A program made the translations under genes and the position numbers. From an uncultured Acidobacteriota bacterium (lineage in GTDB: Bacteria; Acidobacteriota; Thermoanaerobaculia; Gp7-AA8): 64,000 nucleotides of DNA. Every line of letters begins with the position of its first letter. Positions within the stretch are counted from its first letter, which is position 1. The stretch lies in the NCBI GenBank assembly GCA_963822445.1, contig CAWGHO010000003.1:1600001-1664000 (forward strand), given 5' to 3'. Below are positions 1 through 8,712 of this stretch, piece after piece. Under the pieces are notes generated by a model, which saw only the letters and a list, made by a program, of their open reading frames with translations, was not told where the DNA came from and searched no databases.

Positions 1-59
1 TGACGCGCGCGGAGCAGCTCGCCCGCCAGGATGGCCTCGACCAGATCACGAAGTTCCAT
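1..59 (-). CDS. 5' end of a gene translationally coupled to the nucleotidyltransferase (MELRDLVEAILAGELLRAR...), runs off the window
   Basis: ATG at 59-57 overlaps the TGA stop of 59..571 (TGATG); open to window edge. Confidence 0.55.
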   Translation of the reverse strand, partial: MELRDLVEAILAGELLRAR

Positions 60-571
60 CAAGTGGACTCCCATAAATCGTCAAAGGCATACGAAGCCTT
101 GTCCATTAGTTGGGGAGGAACAAATCGCGTCGCTTGCGTCCAGATCTCGGCCTTTGTGCCCTCGAGGTTAGACAACCGGAGGCGAGCATTGCTCCGATCG
201 ACAGCATCGCGCCACGCGCACAACTTCATGGCGAACAGCTGGATTGTCGTAACGGCGCGAACCGTCAAAGACGCTGAGTCGTATACGTGCGAGCCATTCG
301 TCAGGCCGACGAAATAACCCTTCGCGCCATCGTTGAGCCAGTCCTCAGGCAAGTCCAGTCGAGACGCAACTTGGGCGGCCGCCTGACGCAGCACCGACGC
401 TTCCGGGCGGACGAAGTACGCATCGACGTCCTTCGTTGTTTCGCGTGCTCCAAAAAGCAGCACGAGCGCCGCACCGCCAGCGATAACAATCTCAGCACGT
501 TCACCGCGCCTCGAGAGTTCTTCCTCGAGACTCTCGAAAGCTCGCATGATGTCGGTGGCGGAAAGCGACAT
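59..571 (-). CDS. DUF6036-like nucleotidyltransferase (Pol-beta superfamily), putative TA component
   Basis: IAGGAAL...TTKDVD motif (GG + DxD), WLND motif. Confidence 0.7.
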   Translation of the reverse strand: MSLSATDIMRAFESLEEELSRRGERAEIVIAGGAALVLLFGARETTKDVDAYFVRPEASVLRQAAAQVASRLDLPEDWLNDGAKGYFVGLTNGSHVYDSASLTVRAVTTIQLFAMKLCAWRDAVDRSNARLRLSNLEGTKAEIWTQATRFVPPQLMDKASYAFDDLWEST

Positions 572-787
572 CGTTACACCTTACCGGCAAAGCACGCAGC
601 CCGTCGACCGGCGGCCGAGCCGCCGACAGCTAGCCGAGACTTACGGCGTCATGCCGTTTGTAGATCGCGCCCGTGGTCGACATCTCGCCTAGGCGAACGC
701 GAGGTTCCCGGGAAGAGGTCGGGAACTTGCCGATTCAAGGCACTCCTATCAAAGGCGCCTTTATTGAAGAATTCGTGAGGAGCAGCG

Positions 788-1231
788 ATGGACCCATTGT
801 TTTGCATTCTCCTGGTCACGTCAGCCGGTGCTGTCGGAGGAGTCGTGAACGCGCTCATCAGCGGAAACGGATTTGCTCTGCCACGCTGGCAGAGTGGTGT
901 CTGGTGTCCGGGAGCGTTGGCCAATGTGTTCATCGGGGCGGTAGCCGCTTTGGCGTCCTGGGCGCTCTACGGCTCGGGCGCGAGCATCGATCTCGGGGAG
1001 TTGAATGCGCGGAATCGGATAAGCCTCGAGCTATCGGCAGTCGTTGGAGCTCTGCTCGTGGGAATGAGCGGCTCACGCTGGCTTACGAACGAGGTAGACA
1101 AGAAGCTGTTGAAAGAAAGTGTCAAGGTAGCGGGGATCAAGAATCTTTCGCCAAAGGAATGCGACGAGGCAGTCAGCGGCAACGCGCAGGAGGTTCTCGC
1201 GGCTGTAAAAGCGGCTCCAAGTCCCGCCTAG
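788..1231 (+). CDS. small membrane protein (about 3 TM, DUF4257-like), function unknown
   Basis: GAGGAG RBS upstream; three Gly-rich hydrophobic helices; TAG stop lies in the IS target site. Confidence 0.6.
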   Translation: MDPLFCILLVTSAGAVGGVVNALISGNGFALPRWQSGVWCPGALANVFIGAVAALASWALYGSGASIDLGELNARNRISLELSAVVGALLVGMSGSRWLTNEVDKKLLKESVKVAGIKNLSPKECDEAVSGNAQEVLAAVKAAPSPA

Positions 1232-2172
1232 GTGTCGCGTCTCAAGACGTTGTTCAGAGTTAGCCGAGAGATTGGCGGCTGATCAGCGAGAGCGGAGTGC
1301 ATGCGGTGATGATTGTAGAAGTGAAGGTAAGGTTCGAGTAGTTGTTTGCGTTCGAGCGAGCTGCGAAAGGGATAGCGATACGCCCATTCGCGCAGCAGGG
1401 TCTGAACGAGACGCTCGGCTTTGCCGTTGGTTCGTGGCGTATAAGGCTTGGTGCGAAGGTGCCGAACGGCAGGGTCACGACAGGCTGCTGCGAAGACATG
1501 GGAGCGATAGCAGGTGCCATTGTCGGTGAGCACGCGCTGGACCTTGACGCCGAGTTGCTCGTACCACTTCACAGCTCGGCGAAAGAACGCGGCTGCGGTC
1601 TCTCCACGCTCGTCCGGAAGGATCTCGACGTAGGCGACACGCGAATGATCATCGACGCAGAGATGGACGAAGTCGTAGCCAAGACCACGCTTCTGACCGC
1701 GTCGACTGCCCGTGATTCGGTGACCGATGCCATCGATACGAGCCAGTTTCTTCGTATCCAGATGCAGCAGACCGCCGGCTTGTCCGTACTCGTAACGAAC
1801 CACCGGAGGAGGTGGACCATCCAACGATCGAAGTCGAGCCAGTCCTGCCGCCTTGACGATCCGGGCGATGGTCGCCCGGCTCGGACGGACATGACCTGCG
1901 ATTTTTCGGCAAGTCAGTCTCGCTCGACGGAGCTTGATGATCTTCCGTCGCGTGCCCACGCCGGTCCCGCGGGACCGGCGTGGCCGTGACGAACGGTCAA
2001 CCAGCCCCTTGAGCCCTTCCTGTCGGAACCGCGCCAGCCACTTCCATCCGGTACGCTCGCTCACCCCGACGGCGTGACTTGCTTCAGCCACGGTCCATCC
2101 GTCGCTGAGAACCCGATCGACCAGCAGGGCTCGACTCTGCGGCGTCAGTCGCGCATTCTTATGAATGTCCAC
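1228..2172 (-). CDS. IS481 family DDE transposase
   Basis: HKNARLT N-terminus, LHLDTKK, VDDHSR, LTDNG, TNGKAER motifs; GTG at 2172 with GGAGG RBS. Confidence 0.95.
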   Translation of the reverse strand: MDIHKNARLTPQSRALLVDRVLSDGWTVAEASHAVGVSERTGWKWLARFRQEGLKGLVDRSSRPRRSRGTGVGTRRKIIKLRRARLTCRKIAGHVRPSRATIARIVKAAGLARLRSLDGPPPPVVRYEYGQAGGLLHLDTKKLARIDGIGHRITGSRRGQKRGLGYDFVHLCVDDHSRVAYVEILPDERGETAAAFFRRAVKWYEQLGVKVQRVLTDNGTCYRSHVFAAACRDPAVRHLRTKPYTPRTNGKAERLVQTLLREWAYRYPFRSSLERKQLLEPYLHFYNHHRMHSALADQPPISRLTLNNVLRRDT

Positions 2173-2272
2173 CTGGGCCTCCTTCGATGTTCTGTTTGTT
2201 CGCACTCACAGATTCACCGAAGTCGCCCGGGTGGGCAACTCCTACCACTGAACAACGTGTTGAGACATCACA
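1233..2272 (-). mobile_element. complete IS481-family insertion sequence, 1040 bp
   Basis: TGT...ACA ends; 25-bp imperfect TIRs (TGTCGCGTCTCAAGACGTTGTTCAG / TGTGATGTCTCAACACGTTGTTCAG); 6-bp direct repeat CCTAGG at 1227-1232 and 2273-2278. Confidence 0.95.
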
Positions 2273-2349
2273 CCTAGGCGAGGATTATCCGGCGGGCGAA
2301 GCCTCTGGTTTCAGGCGCATTCTGTAGTCACCCGTTCTAGAGTAGCGCG

Positions 2350-3201
2350 ATGAAGCCCTTGCCCGGCCTGCGCCATCGGATCCGTGACGGCGTCGCGGTG
2401 GTCCTGTCGGCGCTCCCGCATTTTCGAGGGAAGGGGCGGGTGACGATGGGCATCGATGCGCTGCTCACCGATTACGACGATCCCGACTCGTTCAACGCCG
2501 TGGGATGGCTCGGCAACGTGCGGCTGCACTCCGACCTGCGCGTGTTCGGCGACAAGTTCACCTTCTACTACCGCGAGTACGAGTCCGACTATCTCGCGAT
2601 CCTGCGAAAGCTCTACCAGCGCGGAAACTTTCTCGATGTGGGGAGCAACATCGGCATTTACATCGTCTGCATGGCCGATCTCGTGCGCGCCGCGGGCGGC
2701 CGGATTTACTCGATCGAGCCGCTCGCCGCGAATGTCGCCCGTCAGAAAACGAACATCGACTTGAACGGCGCCGCGGATGTCGTCGATCTGCTCGAGCTGG
2801 CCGTCGGCGAGACGAGCGGCACGGTGATGATGGGCGGCGACTTCACGACGAGCAGCATCAACGGCATCGTTTCGCCGGCCGGTACGGTGTCCGTTCCGCT
2901 GACGACACTGGATGAACTGATTGCGTCAGGGCGTCTGCGGGACATCACGCTCATCAAGATGGATATCGAAGGCTATGAGCCGGCCGTCCTGCGCGGAGCA
3001 CGTGCCTTTCTCGAACGCGATCGCCCCATCCTCTTTGCTGAATTCAATCGCTACCGGATGGCCCTGAACGGCTTCGACATGGCGGAGTCGTGGAACATGC
3101 TGAAGAACCTCGGTTACGCCGGCCACAGAGTCGTCGGCGGACAGCTCGTCGAGATCGACGATCCCGGCCAGCACGAGAATCTGTTCTTCCTGCCGCGTTA
3201 A
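2350..3201 (+). CDS. FkbM family SAM-dependent methyltransferase
   Basis: FLDVGSNIG, IEP, IKMDIEGYE motifs. Confidence 0.85.
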   Translation: MKPLPGLRHRIRDGVAVVLSALPHFRGKGRVTMGIDALLTDYDDPDSFNAVGWLGNVRLHSDLRVFGDKFTFYYREYESDYLAILRKLYQRGNFLDVGSNIGIYIVCMADLVRAAGGRIYSIEPLAANVARQKTNIDLNGAADVVDLLELAVGETSGTVMMGGDFTTSSINGIVSPAGTVSVPLTTLDELIASGRLRDITLIKMDIEGYEPAVLRGARAFLERDRPILFAEFNRYRMALNGFDMAESWNMLKNLGYAGHRVVGGQLVEIDDPGQHENLFFLPR

Positions 3202-3245
3202 CACTCCACGCGGGCCGCGCATCTTCACAACCAGGAGGCACACAG

Positions 3246-3797
3246 ATGAATCTCTTGGTGGTTCTGCTTGCGGCAACGCTGTATCAGGTCGAGCCGGTCA
3301 ACGGCACTGTCAGTTTCAGCCTGATGAAGTGGGGAGTGGTTCGCGAGGAAGGCTCGTTCCGCGATTTCAACGCCAGCATCCATTACGACTCGCGCGAGCC
3401 GGCGAAGTCGCGTGTCGAGTTCGAGGTGAAGGCGGACAGCGTCGATACGAAGAACGGCGCTCGCGACAGCACCCTGCGCTCCGCGGATTTCTTCCACGTC
3501 ACGAAGCATCCCAGGCTCACGTTCAAGAGCGTTCGCATCGTGCCGCGGACCAAAGACGTCGCCGATGTCACCGGCGACCTGACCATCAAGGGCGTCACCA
3601 AGCGCATCACCGTGCCCGTCCGCCTCCTCGGCGTGACCAGACATGGCGACGGCGGCGAAGTGGCCGGCTTCGAGACGGCCTTCAAGATCGATCGCCGCGC
3701 ATTCGGTGTCACCGGCGGCCGCTGGGTTGCCGCGTCACCGGGAGTGCTCGGAAATGAAGTCACGATTCGGGTGATCGCCGGCGGCGTGAAGCGCTGA
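3246..3797 (+). CDS. YceI family lipid/polyisoprenoid-binding secreted protein
   Basis: AGGAGG RBS; SVDTKNGARDSTLRSADFF, GDLTIKGVTK, IDRRAFG motifs. Confidence 0.85.
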   Translation: MNLLVVLLAATLYQVEPVNGTVSFSLMKWGVVREEGSFRDFNASIHYDSREPAKSRVEFEVKADSVDTKNGARDSTLRSADFFHVTKHPRLTFKSVRIVPRTKDVADVTGDLTIKGVTKRITVPVRLLGVTRHGDGGEVAGFETAFKIDRRAFGVTGGRWVAASPGVLGNEVTIRVIAGGVKR

Positions 3798-3826
3798 AAA
3801 CCGCGTGTGCTACTCTCCCGCGCCTG

Positions 3827-4339
3827 ATGATTCTGAGGGCGTTTGACGGGAAAAAGCCGCGCATCGGGCAGCGCGTATTCGTCGCGGAAAATGCGGCGCT
3901 GATCGGCGACGTCGAGATCGGAAACGACTGCTCGATCTGGTTCGGCACGACCGTCCGCGGCGACGTCAATCTGATCCGCATCGGCTCGCGCACGAACGTG
4001 CAGGACAACTGCACGATTCACGTGACCCATGAGAAGTGGCCGACGATCATCGCCGAGGAAGTGACCATCGGCCACGGCGCGATCGTGCATGGCTGCACCG
4101 TGCACCGCGGCGCGCTGATCGGCATGGGCTCGCGCGTGCTCGACGGCGCGGTCGTCGGCGAGTCCGCTCTCGTCGGAGCCGGTGCGCTCGTGCCCGAGGG
4201 GATGAAAGTGCCGCCGCGGACGCTCGTCGTCGGCGTGCCGGCCCGCGTCAAACGTTCGCTGACCGAAGACGAGCTGGCCAGGCTCGAGCAATCCTGGCGC
4301 AATTACGTTCAGTACAAGGAAAAGTATCTTTCGCAATGA
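3827..4339 (+). CDS. gamma carbonic anhydrase family protein (YrdA-like)
   Basis: RGDVN, NVQDNCTIH, GHGAIVHGC hexapeptide repeats. Confidence 0.9.
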   Translation: MILRAFDGKKPRIGQRVFVAENAALIGDVEIGNDCSIWFGTTVRGDVNLIRIGSRTNVQDNCTIHVTHEKWPTIIAEEVTIGHGAIVHGCTVHRGALIGMGSRVLDGAVVGESALVGAGALVPEGMKVPPRTLVVGVPARVKRSLTEDELARLEQSWRNYVQYKEKYLSQ

Positions 4340-6084
4340 ACCGCACTCACGCAGGAACACTCCGGAAAGACCACGTCGGACAGTCCATCACCCTCGCAGG
4401 CTGGGTGCAGAAGCAGCGCGATTTCGGAGAGCTGATCTTCATCGATCTCCGCGACCGCAGCGGCATCTGCCAGGTGGTGATCGACCGCGAGCGCGGCGCG
4501 TCCGCGGACGTCATCGCCATTGCGAAGGACGTGCGATCCGAGTTCGTGCTGCGCATCGAAGGAGAAGTCGTCGAGCGCAGCGAAGGGCAGAAGAACGCGA
4601 AGTTGCCGAGCGGCGACATCGAAGTGGTGGCGAAGTCGATCGAGATTCTCAATCGCGCGGAAACGCCGCCGTTTCAGATCGAGGAAGACTCCGACGCCGC
4701 CGATGAGCTTCGGCTGCAGTATCGCTATCTCGATCTGCGCCGCCCGCCGCTGACACGCAACCTCGTGCTGCGCCACAAGATGCTCAACGGCGTCCGCAAT
4801 TACTTCGACCGCAACGGCTTCATCGAAGTGGAGACGCCGATCCTCACCAAGTCCACGCCCGAAGGCGCGCGCGATTACCTCGTGCCCAGCCGCGTACACA
4901 AAGGGCAGTTCTACGCGCTGCCGCAGTCGCCGCAGATCTTCAAGCAGCTCTGCATGGTCGCTGGGCTGGAGCGCTACTTCCAGATCGCGCGCTGCTTCCG
5001 CGACGAAGACCTGCGGCGCGATCGCCAGCCTGAGTTCACCCAGATCGACGTCGAGGCCTCATTCATCGACGAGGAGTTCATCTACGCGACGATCGAAGGG
5101 TTGTTCGCGGAGATTTTTCCGCTGGCGAACATCCCCGTGAAGACGCCGTTCCCGCGCATGACCTGGCAGGACGCCATGGACCGCTACGGCATCGACAAGC
5201 CGGACACGCGCATCGGCATGGAGCTGAGCGACATCACCGCGATCGCGCACTCGTTGGCCTTCGAGCCGTTCAAAGCGGCGCAGACCGTTCGCGCGATCGT
5301 CGTTCCCGGCGGCGCGGCGTTTTCGCGCAAGCGCATCGATGATCTGACCGAGGAAGCGAAAAAGTTAAAGGCTACCGGTCTGGTGTGGATCAAGTTCAAC
5401 GCCGAGCGGGGCTCGTCGATCAAGAAGTTCCTCGATGACGCGACACACGACACCCTCCGCGAGGCGCTCGGTGCGCGTGAAGGGGACATGGCCCTGCTCG
5501 TGGCCGGCAAGAACGTGGTCGTCTGGGACGTGCTGGCGAATCTGCGGCTGAAAGTTGCCAAGGAAGAGAAGCTGATTCCGGACGAGACGTGGAACTTTCT
5601 CTGGGTCACCGACTTTCCGCTCTTCGAGTGGGACGACGAGACCCAGCGCTTCTACGCGCGGCATCATCCGTTCACGTCGCCAGCTCTCGGGCATCTCGAT
5701 GTCGTCGAAAGCGATCCCGGCTCGGCGCTGGCCCGCGCGTACGACCTCGTGCTCAACGGTATCGAGCTGGGCGGCGGATCGATCCGCATCAATCAGCCCG
5801 AGGTCCAGCAGCGCATGTTCCGGGCCCTGGGCATCAGCGACGAGGACGCGCAATCGCGCTTCGGCTTCCTCATCGACGCCTTCCGCTACGGCGCGCCGCC
5901 GCACGGCGGAATCGCGTTCGGCGTCGACCGCATCGCCATGATGATGTGCCGTGCCGAATCGCTGCGCGACGTGATCGCGTTCCCGAAAACCGCGCGCGCG
6001 CAGGATCTGATGTGCGCGGCCCCGAGTGAAGTCGATACGCAACAGCTCAATGAGCTCGGAATCGCCATTTCTCCTCGTTCTTGA
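4336..6084 (+). CDS. aspS: aspartate--tRNA ligase
   Basis: FIDLRD, TPEGARDYLVP, LPQSPQ, FRDEDLR, GAPPHGG; ATGA overlap with upstream gene. Confidence 0.97.
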   Translation: MNRTHAGTLRKDHVGQSITLAGWVQKQRDFGELIFIDLRDRSGICQVVIDRERGASADVIAIAKDVRSEFVLRIEGEVVERSEGQKNAKLPSGDIEVVAKSIEILNRAETPPFQIEEDSDAADELRLQYRYLDLRRPPLTRNLVLRHKMLNGVRNYFDRNGFIEVETPILTKSTPEGARDYLVPSRVHKGQFYALPQSPQIFKQLCMVAGLERYFQIARCFRDEDLRRDRQPEFTQIDVEASFIDEEFIYATIEGLFAEIFPLANIPVKTPFPRMTWQDAMDRYGIDKPDTRIGMELSDITAIAHSLAFEPFKAAQTVRAIVVPGGAAFSRKRIDDLTEEAKKLKATGLVWIKFNAERGSSIKKFLDDATHDTLREALGAREGDMALLVAGKNVVVWDVLANLRLKVAKEEKLIPDETWNFLWVTDFPLFEWDDETQRFYARHHPFTSPALGHLDVVESDPGSALARAYDLVLNGIELGGGSIRINQPEVQQRMFRALGISDEDAQSRFGFLIDAFRYGAPPHGGIAFGVDRIAMMMCRAESLRDVIAFPKTARAQDLMCAAPSEVDTQQLNELGIAISPRS

Positions 6085-7084
6085 CGCGCCGGTCTTCGTC
6101 GGCCGCGGCCTGATCGGCCGCGTCGGCGAGCTCGTTCGCGCGAAGGGGCGCGTCTTCGTCATCACCTCGCCTGCATTGCGGGAGCGCTTCGGCGATCGCG
6201 TTGCGGCGTCCTTTGCAAGTGCTGACGTGATCACTATCGAAGAAGGGGAGTCGCGCAAGACCCTCGAGACGGCGAACGAGGTCATCACTCAGCTGCTCGA
6301 GCGCGGCGCGAAGCGCGATTCGATGGTTGTCGTCGTCGGCGGCGGAATGATTGGAGACACCGCGGGATTCGCGGCGTCGATCTTCCTTCGCGGGATCGAT
6401 CTCGTGCACGTGCCGACGACGTTGCTCGCGCAGGTCGACAGCTCGATCGGCGGGAAGCTGGCCGTCAATCATCCCAAGGGGAAGAACCTCATCGGCAGTT
6501 TCTATCCGCCGCGGGCCATCGTCTCGGACACGTCGATTCTCGACACACTTCCGCCGCGCGAGCTGCTGAGCGGAATGTACGAGGCGCTCAAGGGCGGAGT
6601 CATCGGCGATCCGTCGCTCTTCGAGATGTTCGAGCGGCGCGAGAACGATCTCGACGAGATCGTGCGCAAGGCGATCCGGGTGAAGGCGGAGATCGTGTCC
6701 GCCGACGAGAAGGAAGCCGATCTGCGCCGCCTTCTCAACTACGGCCACACCATCGCTCACGGCATCGAGGCCGCGCTGCATTACGAGGGGATGACCCACG
6801 GCGAGGCCGTGGCCTGGGGGATGATCGGTGCGAATGCGATCGCCGTCCGGCGTGGCCTGCTGGCGAAGGATGAAGCGGCGCGAATCGACCAGGTGATCCT
6901 CGATTACAACCCTTCGCCGCTGCCGAAACTCGATCGCGCCGTGGTGCTTGCGGCGACGGAGCACGACAAGAAGAACACCGGCACGGCGCGCGCAATGGTT
7001 TTCCCCCGTCGCCTGGGCGAATGCGTGGTGGTCAACGACGTTACTGTCGATGAGATCGCCTACGGAATCGACTCGGTGCTCTAG
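6050..7084 (+). CDS. aroB: 3-dehydroquinate synthase
   Basis: GGGMIGD, PTTLLAQVDSSIGGK, LNYGHT, HGEAV. Confidence 0.95.
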   Translation: MSSESPFLLVLDAPVFVGRGLIGRVGELVRAKGRVFVITSPALRERFGDRVAASFASADVITIEEGESRKTLETANEVITQLLERGAKRDSMVVVVGGGMIGDTAGFAASIFLRGIDLVHVPTTLLAQVDSSIGGKLAVNHPKGKNLIGSFYPPRAIVSDTSILDTLPPRELLSGMYEALKGGVIGDPSLFEMFERRENDLDEIVRKAIRVKAEIVSADEKEADLRRLLNYGHTIAHGIEAALHYEGMTHGEAVAWGMIGANAIAVRRGLLAKDEAARIDQVILDYNPSPLPKLDRAVVLAATEHDKKNTGTARAMVFPRRLGECVVVNDVTVDEIAYGIDSVL

Positions 7085-7093
7085 GGAGGTTCC

Positions 7094-8698
7094 ATGAAAC
7101 TCGCCGCGGCCGTGCTCGTGCTCGCGCTTCAGCAGGCGCCGTTGTCCGAGGTCATCGAAGTCCGGCGGCACAACGTCGACGTCGTCGTCACCGATCGGGC
7201 TGGCAATCCCGTTCGCGGTCTGCACGGATCCGATTTCGAGTTGCTCGAAGACGGCGTCGCGCAGGAGATCACGAACTTTTCCGCGTACGACGATCGAATC
7301 GACGCATCGTCAGCGCCCTCGTCGAATGCGGCAATGCCCGCTCCGACGCGGCGGCTCGTTTTCTTCATCGACGACATGAGCATGCATCCCCGAAACCGGC
7401 AGAAACTCGTCGAAGAGGCCACAAAACTGCTGGAAAAGGCCATGCGGCCGGGGGATGAAGGCGCTGTCGTTCGACCGGGTGAGGCGGCCGAGAGCGTCGC
7501 GCTCACCTTCACGTCCGACCGCGAGGAGTTGCGCAGCGCACTGGGAAAAGCGGTGGCGGAGAACACCTGGCGCGTGAACGTCGCGTTTGCGGCGGAGCAC
7601 GAACGCTTCCAGGTCGACGCCGCCTTTTGCGGTGGTCCGCAGGAACGGCGGCAGGTCGCCCGCCGGCATGCCGATCGCGTCCTGCGCCGTGTGCGTCATC
7701 GCCTGGCCACGCTTCGCGCGATCGTTTCCACCATGGCGCCGCTGGATGGGCGGAAGGTGCTGATCGTCGCCACCGAGTCACTTCCGGCGGAACCGGGCCG
7801 TGAGTTTTTCGATGTGAGATTGAGCGAGTTGAAGATTGGCTCGGCATCTGTCGACGAGCCGCCGACGTCGATCGGCGACCATGGGACGACCGATTTCGTG
7901 GACATGACGTCCGCGATCGAGGACGTGGCCCGCACCGCGGCTTCGCATGGGATCACCATCTATGCGCTTCGTCCCGAGCTCGATCTGCGGATGACGGAAG
8001 AAATCCCGATGCGCGCCGTGCATCGGGCCATGGCGAACTCCGACAAGACCGTGAACCTGCTCACCAGGACCACCGGCGGCGCGTGGAGCATGGGCGCGGC
8101 GCAGATGGACGAGGTCCTCGACACGGTCGCTTCAGACGTCGACTCCTACTACTCGCTCGCGTATCGCGCGCAATCGGCATCGTTCGACAAATCGCATCGC
8201 GTCGAGGTCCGCGTTCGCAATCATCCCGAGTACGCAGTGCGTGCGCGGGCCGAGGTCATGCGCAAGTCGCCGAAACGGGAGATGAACGACCGCGTCGTAG
8301 AGGCGCTCTTCACCGAGAGCATGCCCAATGAGCTCGGGGTCACCATCGAGGCGTCCGATCCACAGCCGATCAAGGGCGAGCGCGGTCGATATAGAGTCAC
8401 CGTCGACGTCGGCGTGCCTCTGGGCGCACTGACGTATCTGCCGGCGGGCGATTCGCAGCACGGCACGTTCACCGTGCATTACGCAGTCGCCAGCAAGGAC
8501 CTCGACTTCGTCAACGGAACGGAGCCGGTGCAGGTCGTCGACATCCCGCTCGCCGACTTCGACGCGGCGCGCACGAAAGCGTGGACCCACACGGTCAACC
8601 TCGTCGTCGAGCGCGGCATGCATCGCATCGTGGTGGGCGTGCTCGATGGGACGTCGCAGGTCGCTGGCTTGAGCGGAATGACGATCGACGTACCCTAG
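7094..8698 (+). CDS. secreted VWA-domain protein (acidobacterial VWFA-related type), paralog 1
   Basis: GGAGG RBS; signal peptide; NVDVVVTD..G.PV.GL...DFEL.EDG..QEIT.F; GRKVLI; TGG; YYSLAY. Confidence 0.8.
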   Translation: MKLAAAVLVLALQQAPLSEVIEVRRHNVDVVVTDRAGNPVRGLHGSDFELLEDGVAQEITNFSAYDDRIDASSAPSSNAAMPAPTRRLVFFIDDMSMHPRNRQKLVEEATKLLEKAMRPGDEGAVVRPGEAAESVALTFTSDREELRSALGKAVAENTWRVNVAFAAEHERFQVDAAFCGGPQERRQVARRHADRVLRRVRHRLATLRAIVSTMAPLDGRKVLIVATESLPAEPGREFFDVRLSELKIGSASVDEPPTSIGDHGTTDFVDMTSAIEDVARTAASHGITIYALRPELDLRMTEEIPMRAVHRAMANSDKTVNLLTRTTGGAWSMGAAQMDEVLDTVASDVDSYYSLAYRAQSASFDKSHRVEVRVRNHPEYAVRARAEVMRKSPKREMNDRVVEALFTESMPNELGVTIEASDPQPIKGERGRYRVTVDVGVPLGALTYLPAGDSQHGTFTVHYAVASKDLDFVNGTEPVQVVDIPLADFDAARTKAWTHTVNLVVERGMHRIVVGVLDGTSQVAGLSGMTIDVP

Positions 8699-8712
8699 CT
8701 GGGGAATTTCGA

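Noticed and set aside
572-787. Possible integron attC sites around the accessory genes
   Set aside because: No convincing RYYYAAC...GTTRRRY box pair with internal symmetry, and no integron integrase in the window.
4036-4335. N-terminal extensions in the ORF track for aspS, YceI, VWA2, VOC, GNAT, scpB, rpsA, lpxB and coaBC
   Set aside because: They overlap upstream genes or repeats; downstream starts have an RBS, a -10 element or ATGA coupling.
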